Of a stretch of 64,000 nt of DNA, positions 37,583-50,800 are shown in pieces. The translations under genes and the position numbers were made by a program. A model generated the notes under the pieces. The model worked only from the letters and a program-made list of their open reading frames with translations. It was not told the origin of the DNA and did no database searches. Origin of the DNA: Amoebophrya sp. A120 (taxonomy: Eukaryota; Protista; Dinoflagellata); assembly GCA_905178155.1 (NCBI GenBank), contig CAJINV010000004.1, positions 9,205,159 to 9,269,158 on the forward strand, in the 5' to 3' direction. How positions within the stretch are numbered: position 1 is the stretch's first letter; every line of letters begins with the position of its first letter.

Positions 37583-38731
37583 TGGAAAGGCCTTATTTCG
37601 GTAGAGGACAACACCACGTAATGTCGATTTATTACGTGTTCCAAGAAGTTTAAGATTAAGTAAAATTTTACGGTTAATACAACAAGATTTTTCCGATAGA
37701 GAATACAGAATCATCATCATGTGTATGGATACTACTCCAAAAAAAAACGGTTTCGAATTGGTATTGCAACAACGGTTTCAGTTTCAGCGCTGGTTCATTA
37801 GGATCGCGTTTTTTCAAGAACACACGCTAGGCGTTTTTTGAAAGCGGCCTGCTGAGCAAGGTAAACACGAGGGAAAGCCGATTTTTTACACACACCACAC
37901 ATAGAGACCAGCATGGGCTTGAGGAATGTCTTGTACCTAGAAAGAGAATACATATTCATCTCGACATCATCAATGAAGATTTGTTTAAAGTAAAAGTATC
38001 CTGTGCTGGGAACGAAAAGTTCGAGCATTTGCATTTTTGTCTCGGCCTTGACTAGTAGATGATGTACCCGAGCCCGAGGACAACAAAGCAGGACGAGGTG
38101 GTCACTTCTGCGTAATGTTCGAACCAAATTAAAACTCGAATCATCCTCGGCCTCGAAAACTACAAACTGTTTGCTCTCGAGACCGATGATGAAATCTGTA
38201 TCTGTATGCCGTTTTTTGTGATGAACAAAATTTTCGGTCGTGTTACCTAGTTTTTTTACCCGCTTCCGCTACCGTTCATGTTGATCATAAATCCTCACGC
38301 TTGTTTTACTCAAATCGACGACATCGGACATCAAAGAAGTACTGGAAGATCAACGAAGAAATCCAAAAATGCGGGAATGTTTTTTTCATGGGATCCAAAA
38401 ACCGATATTGAGTTGTCAATGCGAGGTATAATTGCGGTGATAGAACCATCGAGTTTACTTGGCGAAGTGGAAGATTGGTACGAACCGCATGGTCGTGTGC
38501 CGGGATTTCTTGGACGTCGAATGTGCAAAGAAACTGAATAGCTCTGGTGCAAATGCAACAGAAACAGCTGGCTTACTCTACTCGCATTCTTTTACTCCCA
38601 CTTTCATCGTGTCGAACACGAACTCAGTAACGTTGACATTGCAATTGACAAGTAAAAAAAAAATACTATTTCGCACAACTACTTCTTCTTCTAGTACCTC
38701 CATCGGTTTTCTAACTGTACTTCTTTCATGA

Positions 38732-40711
<1,980 letters not shown>

Positions 40712-41826
40712 AATGGTGGATTTATTTTCAGATTTGAAAACCACATGGTGGACGGAGGACGAGATGTTGATCATGATAGTTTTACTTGCCGCAGCCTTAT
40801 GTGTATGTATTCCTGAGAAGAAGTAGGAGGACAGTCAGAGTAGAATCATGATGAAATGCACGTAAGCTGAAGCTCGAGCAGCTGCGCCTGCTCTATTTCA
40901 AATTCAAAGATAGCGCTTCTATACCAGCTGCGGTATAATCGTCATCGTGGTCCGTATTATAAAATTTACTTTTCTTGACCCGACTAGAACCTCAACCTTT
41001 CCCGTTGGTTCTGGGTCCTCTTACAAATTGCCAATTTCAAGAGTCTTGGAAGGCTAGGATGAAAAGAACTTACACGTTGCTTTCCAACAAAAAAATTACA
41101 GCACGTGTTGCGTAAGCGTTTGGGTAGGATATTTCTTTCGAGCGAACTACGCCGCCTATCAAGTATTGTAGAACAAACACTAGTTGAAGAAGTAGAAAAC
41201 AGTATGAAGAAGCGTTTTCGAAAAGTAGAAGAACTAGACCCAAAACTACTACTCAAACCACCTACAAATATGCCAACTTTTTGAGACTGCACTGCCAATG
41301 CGTACAACCGTCCATCGAAATCGGCGGACGTCGATCAAAAACCTTTGCACTCATTTGTGAGCATCGTGCGTCCGCGATTTTTGGAGGGACGAAAAACCTT
41401 TGCAAGTTTGCACTTGCAGCAGAAAAGGGTGTATAATTTTTCTTTTTGACCATCGCAGCAGCGGCAGGAAATTTAAAACATGGACGCGGACGAGACAAAC
41501 GCGATAGTCAATTCGATAAATGTTGATGCTGATGTTCAGGTTGAAGATCTTCAAAAGAGTGACACTCCAGTATTTCATTTTTCACGAAAGTAAACTTGAA
41601 ATTTCGTCGGCCTCTACACGTTACAGGTTATCGATTATCGTACAGCTCAACACCCTCTTCGCCGTCGTAAATTCGCATGCATACAGACTCCGCGCTAGGT
41701 ACAAGAACTTAGTCGTCGAGAAATCTATGGTGGAGATCATGCGCGAATAATTCGAATCAGAATCTGCACGCCGCGTGCGTAAAAACGCAACCGCCGCCCA
41801 GCAGAGGAAGGCTGGAGAAGTTGAAG

Positions 41827-44800
41827 ATGGGTCATTTCCGGGCACCGGCATTGCTCATTCACCACAACCGACAACATATATGCAGCCTGAAAGGGACGAC
41901 GAAAACAAAATCGAAATCATGCTGCTGGATGTTTCTGCTCCTAATCGCAGCAAGAGCAGCATGGCAACCCGGAACCGGAACATCAAGAACGCAGCAGGGC
42001 GGGGGACACACTTCTACACTGGGATCATCGTTGTACACCGGCGGCAATCAACCGCGGGCACCGGCTTTCATTCCTGCTAGTCAACGAGGGCAAAGCATAG
42101 TACTGGAGCAGTCGACCTCGACGTCGGCTCCTGCTATAGGAACCGGGGGACACCCACACCCCGGAAGCGGCACGCCAGCGACCAGGACCACGGGAGCCAC
42201 TTTCACTTACCTTCCAGTCGAGCATGTGTATTCACATTCAGGGCAGGGGCAGTTCAGTGCGCCGTTTAGTGCGCCGTACGCTGGCGGGACGACTGGGTCT
42301 TCATACACGACAGGAACCGCAGCCGGAGTAGAAAGCGCGCTCGTTTCGGGGCACCAGCAGCCCCCCGTCCGTCCGGCGCCCGCCCGCCAGATCCAGATCG
42401 TCCGGCAAGTTTCTTCGACCGCTGCCGCGGGAGGGAGTTCTATTACGACGGCAGCGTTTGCTGGTGCAGCAGCGCCAAGTGGACACGCAGGGTACACCAC
42501 TTTTGTAGTTCCACCTGGCCGCTCGGAATGTAATGCCGGTGACGTAGTAGTTCCTGCAGCCCCTCGGCTTCTGACACCTCGAGGCCTGTCCTCGACAGAA
42601 ACGCGGCCACATCCAGCGGTTGCAGTCTACAGCGTCAGTGAAGATCATGCAGGAGGAGCTCCTGGCGCAACTGCAAGTAGTTCTCGTCCAGCATTCCCTA
42701 GCTCGACATTCTTGGCGCAACAATGGCCACCATTGTCTTTGTCCCCTGTAGTTGCTTCCACTGGACACGAAGTACAATCTTCGTCGACTACGCAACACGT
42801 GGAAATCGATCCGACGTTGCCGCCCTCCTCCTCGCACCATGGGCTGCAAGTTGATAGCAGTGTCCGACTAGGAGGACGAGCAGCAAAAGCCGATGCAGCT
42901 GCACGATCGGAAACTTCTACGCCATCTGCGTCTACCGGATCCTTTGTCGTGAACGATTACTTGCACACACAACAGGCTTCCCCGAAGATTAATTTCTTAA
43001 ACCTGCTCGATTCTAGTAGACGACAGGAGGAAGAGAGAGTTGTACAGGATCATGCAAACACCCACCCAGCTGCCTCCTGTCTCAACGCGGCACTTCTTTC
43101 TTTCCGAGACGGTCCCCCGGTTTGTAACTCTAACTCCTCCTGCACGTCAAAAAGAAATAAGCAGTGCGAACAACAAGCGTCCCACGTTTTCACCCATCCA
43201 CAAACCGGTCGGAAACTCTTTCTCGCCGGATCCGCGTTTGCGAAATGCGGGGCGTGGCAAAGAAACGAATGTGTAAAGTTCAACTTGGACATGAGCCAGG
43301 GCGAGTTCAGAACGCCGGCGTTGACCTATGGGGGTGTCAGGATTGAAATCGACAAAGTTGAAATAACTTGTAATGCATAAAATCGATACCAGTTGGAAGC
43401 CCAATTTCCAAGCGGTGCGTGACAAATTTTAGGAGCACCGGAATCCTATTTGTCATGCTGTTTGGGCACAGAAGACTGCTTTTGTCATGCTCCTTTAGCA
43501 GCTCTATGTCTATCCGAAACCCTAAAAAATAGGCTCACAATCTGCCTCGCCTGCCATCCCGGCAAGACAGGCACTTCATGACTTGCATTTCATGCATGAC
43601 AAATCATTTCAAATTTGTCGATTTCAAACCTGACGCTTCCATATGACCACGCGGGTGGTTATTCCGGTCTACGATAACGCAGTGGAGGTGGGTGTTTTGT
43701 TTTCCTTCCTCTTGGATGGCTTGCGCTTCGTTGACGCGGCGCTGGGCGGTGATTTTTTCGCAGAAGACGAAGTGGAAAAGCAGGAAGTTCGTGATAAAGT
43801 GTTCATTAGCCGGACGTCTGATTGTCCCCCGGGTATGCTAGATTCTTTCGCCGATAGTGGAGCTTCTCCCACGACCAGCCAATGCCGCCGACGAGAACAA
43901 GAATTATTTGCAGGAGGACCGGGATCAACTCGATCTTTCGAGAAAGAAATCTCCATTCCGCAAGCCCTCGCGAAGGAGCTGCACTGGCTGGGGCGGAGGA
44001 AGCAGGATACTCAGTATTTCGATGAGGACGAAGAAGATGATTTTGCTGACTCCGAAGCTGGTGAAGATCCGGCTCATGATAGTGCAAACAACTTCGACAT
44101 CGAAATCGGGGCAGGTGCAGCCCTCCCCGTGGTCCCCCACCCGCCGCCCGTGGAGACGCAGGGTGCACCATCTACTTCCAGAGCAGCGTCTTCAGAAGGT
44201 ATTAACAAGCCGAAACGAAATTATGGAAATACGAATACCCCGCCGGCTGTTGTAAGATACAAAAAAGGTTCTGACCTCCGGCGAAGGATTGACAAGGAAC
44301 AGGAAATTTTTGAGTTCGCCGACGAACTCGGCTCGGTTGAGAAGGACGTGAAACGAGTGATGGCGGACCGTGCGGCGCAGTTGCTTTCTGAGGAGGTCGG
44401 ACAAGTACAAGAACTACCACCGGATATACATATAATCAACCAAGGAACAATACTAGGAAGGAACGGCTCAGTTTCATCCCTGCCGAAAGAGGAGGAGCTC
44501 CGCAGACGAAAGATTGCCCTCCTCCGTCTCATCGGCCAGCGCGGCTTGGTGGCCGTAGACCCGGTCCACGGTAGGAAGCTCCCGGCCGGCCAAGGGGCGC
44601 ACGACCAGGTGACCTTGGGGTCCGCGTGGCACATCCCGCGAGGACCAGAAATTGATGTTCCGCCAAAAACAACTTCTAATGGGGCAGCTGCAGCTGCAGG
44701 CTCAACCCCATCTTCCTCTTCCGGAGAAAACAGCAACATAACCCGGTTGAAAAACCTTTTCCTCCCGCTGAAGCCAAACCTCCTGGTGAATTGCGCCGTC

Positions 44801-45400
44801 GGAAAGTCCCGCAGCGTCACCGTCGTGCTAGCGTACTTGATGGTGGTGCACGATTACTCCCTCCGGGACGCTTTTGTGTTAGTGTACAGCAAGCGGCCGC
44901 TGATGCTTCCCAATAAAGGATTTTTTCAGGGACTCCAGCTTCTGGAGCGGTGGCTTGTACGGGTCACGGGAGGTATGACTGGGAGGGGGAGCAGGCGGGA
45001 CGACAGGAGAGACGAGCGATTGATGTTGTCAGGACGAGTTCTTGGCGAAAGAACGACATCTGGGCGGATATTATGCGCATCCGCGGAAGAGGATTCCGAC
45101 CAGCAAAGTTCGGAAGATGTTGGTCATGACGATGACGACCAGCAGGCCGGCGGGTCCAAGACGCGTGAAGACGAGCACAAGGACAAGCAGTCAGAAGACG
45201 CTTTACTGGATCCTTGGATTTGGCAGCCGCCCGAAAGAGCCGCTGGTTGGTCGCCCTTGAAGAGCACCAGACCTCGTTCTCGGAATACAATTTCCATGCA
45301 GGAGTACAATGCGCTGAAAAATCGGAAGAAAGAACAGGAAAACAAAAACCGGGGCGGAGGGCATCGTGTGATTTATGATTTGGAGTGCTGTGTGTGTTGA
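41827..45400 (+). CDS. Dual-specificity protein phosphatase with long low-complexity regions; ends in CCVC
   Basis: P-loop LLVNCAVGKSRSVTVVLAYLM and RPLMLPNKGFFQGL. The element at 43327 is removed in frame. The start codon is uncertain. Confidence 0.85.
43327..43643. mobile_element. Introner, family C
   Basis: Repeat TGACC. Confidence 0.9.
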
Positions 45401-46402
45401 TAGGGCTACAAATGAATATGAATATGGATCAACCGTAGGCAGGATAAAGATTGGAAATCGAAATCCATGTAGCATGCAGCATGTGCTGCGAGCATTCGCC
45501 ACCTGCATATATGTCAATGTGCTAATACTACTACTATCCAGAGCTGTCTGCTCTATGAAAAAAATATTTTGACATTTGGGCCAATTTGGCATTGCAAGTT
45601 TTTGCCGATGCTGGTCTACAGATTTCATGAGTGACACATTTTCGTTATTTTCCCAAAGTTTGCTAAAGAATACAGTAAAAGAAAACACTAGCTGCGCGAC
45701 TGCTGGTGCAACGACGCCTTTTCGGCCTTTTGCGAAAATTGAGAATATGATGGCCTAGCGAGCTCGATCTGCTGAAAGCGAAAGCCACATTATGTTGATA
45801 ATACTGCCCTTGCAAGGAAACTTGATGTCGTCGTGTTTTCAAAATACCATGATCAAAGCACCCGGCGTAGTGAAGATCACCAAACGCAAATATACCTGCT
45901 TCTAAGCCACACAGAAAGACCAAGATCATCTGAGAAATTCGCCATACTGGTCCTGATAGGTTCCCGACGTGCAACCGATTTTCCCGGAAGATCAAAAAGA
46001 GCGATCCGGATCGAGATGATCGTTGTGCAAGGAAAAATGTGGATGCTGAGAATGATCTGGGAAAAGATAAAAAAATGGAAAAGAAGATTATGATGATCCT
46101 GGCGTCAGAACTACTTAGTACCATGGCGACCTATTCAACTATCGTTCTGATTGGATCATCATCATTCTGATTCTCCTATTTCGTATTCAGGCTCTGCTCG
46201 ACGTTGGTAGTGATAGTGTGAAATTGTGGAAGTATAAATATGCGTATTTTTTGGTTTTCCTTCTAGAAGTACCAGAAGCGAATTTAGGGACATAATTCCT
46301 TTACTTCTCTCGCAGCTCCGTTTTGAAGTAAGACGATTCTTCAAAATAAGTCGACGTCTTTTCATATTTTTGCACTAACAACTACGACCTACGAAAAATA
46401 AA

Positions 46403-47102
46403 ATGCGACCTCTATCCGAAGAAGAGCTGAAGCTCTTCCTGGAGAAGGTGTCTCGGTACATCGGAAATGGCGTCAGGCAACTAGTCGAAAGAAGTGACGA
46501 ACCACACGTTTTCCGGCTGCATAACCAACGGGTGTACTACGTGGGCGAAAGTTTGTTGAAGAAAGGTATTGGATTTTTACAGAAACTACTACTAAGTACA
46601 TCTACAGTCCGTCGTGCTTATCGTCAGTCTTGCCAATAATTTTCCATCTTTGCAAATGTCCAGCATGCTTAGTTGCATTCACAAAAGAAAATAAAAACCC
46701 AAAAACATCACTACAACAGCCGGTTGCGTCGCAAGGAAAAACCTGGCTTCTCTTGGTGTCTGTTTCGGAAAGTTTACCCACTCCGGCAAATTTCACCTGC
46801 AAATTACCTGCTTGGATTTCCTCGCCCGACTGGCGAAGTACAAAGTGTGGCTCAAGCCCGGCGGGGAGCAGCACTTCCTTTACGGCAACCACGTCGTGAA
46901 AGCGCACCTGAGAAGGATCACGGAGGACGTCCCCAGAAACGCGGGCGTGGTAATTTTCAGCGAACAGGGGGACCTGCCGATCGGGTTTGGGACCGCCGCG
47001 AAATCCACGGCGGAGTGTCGGGAAGCACCCACGGAGGCGATCGTGGTGTACCACCAGTCAGACATCGGGGAATATTTGAGGGAGGAAAGCAACTTGCTGT
47101 AA
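46403..47102 (+). CDS. NIP7: 60S ribosome biogenesis protein NIP7; GT-AG intron at 46566-46719
   Basis: MRPLSEEE...FRLHNQRVYYV / SLGVCFGKFTHSGKFHLQITCLD...KVWLKPGGEQHFLYGNHV...HQSDIGEYLREE. Confidence 0.95.
46566..46719 (+). other. Canonical GT-AG intron in NIP7
   Basis: GTATTG...CAACAG; restores the conserved NIP7 frame. Confidence 0.9.
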
Positions 47103-47866
47103 AGGGAAAGAGTCTGATGCTGGTGGTGGAAGTGAAAATCTACTACATGTCAAACGACAGAGCGATCGAAGAGAATCTTCATGGGAAATAGAACGTTCCA
47201 GGGCCGCCCGCGAAAATAAATTTGACGTGTAGATGAAGATGACCAGCTACGACCACTGACACTTTGACTTCAGTGATTGCGGTGCATGCAAAAATGACAT
47301 TCGAAATATGTATCGAAAAAGACACAACAAGAACTGTACAAGAATCGGCGATCTCAATCTCGAGATCGTCGACATCGATTTAGTTTTCGTATGGAGTGTT
47401 CGGGTTCATCGCTATTGTGTTCGTTGATCGAATTTCTTGCACGCGATCTCTTCAGATCGAAATGGTGCGTAGAAGAAAGAGTTGGAGAGATACTAGGACA
47501 GGCACTACACGATTGGATAGTACTTACTTCGAGGAGTTGGTCCCCATGAGGTAGTAGTTTCTGCCATACGCATAATTTCTATTGCATTTTGTCCCGTACG
47601 ATAAGTATAGTTTCCGCTTCATCTTCTGCTTCTCAGAAGTTTCGATTTCGTCGTTGTCGTGAGCATCGGTCTTCATCAGTTCCACCCGAGTAGAACAAGG
47701 ACTCCTTCGATATCACCACACAACAAGGAGGAAAAACAACCAAAAATGAAAACAACTTATACCTTTGTTGACTGTCTGAAATAAAGCGCATCGCGCGATA
47801 GACAGAAAAAGCTTCGACGTTTTCAGCTCGTAGAACTTTTTTCCAAAATATATTACATCCGCCAAG

Positions 47867-50800
47867 ATGGCGCCCGCACCACCGCAGACCATTCACTACG
47901 ACAACAGCGCGGATCAAGAGGAAGATGGGTCTTATTGGATCGGGCCCGAGCGAAAGCCGGATGAATCCAAATCCGATGGACCGATTGAGTGGAAGGGACC
48001 AGCGGGACAAGCGTATTTTTGTTTTTGATATGATTGGAGTTGTGGATGTGGTTGTTTCGTTTGTTGCGTTGCGTTTATCTCAGGAGGTTCTTGCGTACGT
48101 GTGTCGTGTCGCACAATTACAGAAGGGTTCTTTTGATGTCCTGAGGAAAAATCGTAATTCGCCTGAATCTTCACAAACCACCCTCACAGTTCCAGTGTCC
48201 TTGCGAGCGGCAACAACCAGCAGCAGAATTCTAGCTCGGCCTCCTTCTCCCGCCTCACTTCTCCCGGCGTACCGCCCAGCAAGTCCGGACAAGGCGGCTA
48301 CTACGTTATGTACGACGAGCCCTCGGGGAACAAAACGGTGGCGCAGCGGTTTCTCACGACGCAGAGCCAGTGGTTGCAGAAGGTTCGGTACCGGCAGGAG
48401 CTCCGGAACCTGGAAGCGGAGCATGAGAGGATGCGGGAGTGCGTCTTCGAACCGAACAAGGGCAGGGGAAAAAATAGTGCTGCAGGAGGAGGAGCTGCAT
48501 CAGGAGGTGGTGGTCAGAAGTCCTCGAACAGCAAAGGAACTACATCAGCGAACAACAATTCATCATCTTCTGCAGCGCAACATTCTACGGGCAGAAACTC
48601 CACGTCCTCAAAAGACTTGCGGAAGCAAAGCAGAGACGACTTTCTGTACAAGATGCAGATGGCGCAATTGCAGGAGATGAAGAGCATCGAGCAGGCCACC
48701 GCGAGTGCGAGGAAACGAGAGGGATACGACGCGGAGCTCGCTGCACAGGTGCAACATGATCAAGGGGTCGCTGGGGGGAATAGCGGAAATCTGATCATGG
48801 AGGTAAAATACTTGTGAGGAATTACTTCGTATAAAAGTTCAATTCCAATCTTGAAGTTGAACGTGTTAGTTAGGGAACTGCAGCACTCTCACTCTTCGTA
48901 GTTACAATGCAGATTGAAGCAAGCTGTGAGTCTGCGTGGTTCGATGCGCGAAAAAAACTAAAACCCTGCTCCGACTTTCAACAGACCAGCATTGCGTCCG
49001 GCAATTCCTACATCGAAGCGCGCAAGGCGGAAGCGGTGGCTGCAAGATTGGAACAGGAGAAGAAGGAGATGGCCGAGTGCACGTTCCGCCCCAACCTCCG
49101 GCTCAGTCAGCAGAGCTACCGCTGCTACCGGCCGTTCGCAGACAGCACGGGAGTAGAACGGGCAAGCTCTTCGTCCTCCAGTAGGTTCATGCAGAGACGG
49201 AACAACGATCTTAGTTTCAGACCCCGGAGCAGGATAGGAGGGGAACAAATGAGTTACAATGGCACTGCGGTGACGTTTGATCCCAACCGACCTGGTCACG
49301 AGAGGTTTGTTTCAACAACTTCTTCGCAGCAGGACGGGGGTCGGGGTGCTAATCCGGCGGCGCGCACGATTGACTTCGACTTGCAGAAAATTGCGAGAGA
49401 AGAAGGGTTTTACAATTTGAACAACCTGCTAGACGAAGAAGACCTGGCGCTCGCGTCCATGCAACTCTATCACCCGGATAGCACGACGATGGAAAATTTG
49501 AATTACGGCGGAGGTGGTTTGCAGAAGACAGCAATGGGGGCGGACGTTGCAGCCTACGGAGGTGCGAGAAGCCGAGGACGAATGCGCGATATTGGAACAA
49601 ATGGCGACGGGTTTATTGTTGGTGACCAGGAAGAACTGTATGCAGCAGGGGAGGAGAACTATCAGCTGCAAAACCACACCGCCACCTCGAACAGCATCAG
49701 GTCCTACCGCAATGCATCTCCACCGGAGAAGTTTTCTTTTCGCCCAAAAGTGAACGAGCTCCCGGAGGGTTTTCACGCGGCGAAAGTGTACACGGAGACC
49801 AACGTTTTCAAACGCCTGGCGGGAATCAACGAGTCGCCGCCGCCGGGAGCGGAAGATGAATTCTTTACGCCGCCACAGGTACTCTTTGAGTTTGGTGATG
49901 TAGTTCTTCAACTTCTTCGTTGTTTTGCATAGTAACCAAATTGATGTTACTCTTGGTGTTGGTCGATTTGCATGACAGAGTGAGATTCTATCTCTAAAAA
50001 AAACTTTCTATACAGGCCTTCCTGAACCGTCGCGCGCGGGAGCAACAGGAGGAGGAGTCCCGAGAGGAAAGGTTCGTCAGCGAACGAGAGAGGGCCGAAA
50101 CGTACCGACAGTTCCTGCGTCGACAGAACGAAAAACAGTATGAAAAGGAGGACCGTATGGAGGAGCTGGAAAAGAAATACTTCGGCCAGGAGCGGTTTCA
50201 GCCGAGTATAAATCCGAATTCGCGGAAGATCGCCTTGAACAACACAAAACGGAACTCTTACAATCCCCAGGTCGCCGCGGGGACGACCGGACCCAGTAGC
50301 AGCAGCAACAGCAACAGTTTTAACGGTGGCCCTCGTGGGATAAACAGTTCTTCCTTCCTGAACAACCTCGACAATAGCGACGTGCAAAAAACTTGCTACG
50401 GCGACAACAGTAACCTGGACGGGACGAAAATGTCGCTCGGTCGGTCTCTACAATTCAACGCCGTGCAAAAACGACTGGCAAGCGAACAGGGCGGTTTATT
50501 AGGTGGTCTTCCAGGCGGAGGACATGAAAATGTAAACACTTCTACTTCCAACCGCACGCTTCTTGAACGGGAAGAAAGACGGATGTTCGGAAAGGATAAC
50601 AGCCAAAACGTGTTCGCCAGTGTGTTGGAGGAGGAGGATGAGAGGAGGTTGAACCAGCGAAATAAAAACGGGATGTTGAATGCGGCAGGAGGATCTTCTT
50701 CCAACTCCCGCTCGAATTCCGCCTCCCGCACCTGGCACGACGAGCAACCGTGTCTGCGCGACCAGTACGTTTTGAAACAGATGCTATGCGTTGCAAAAGT

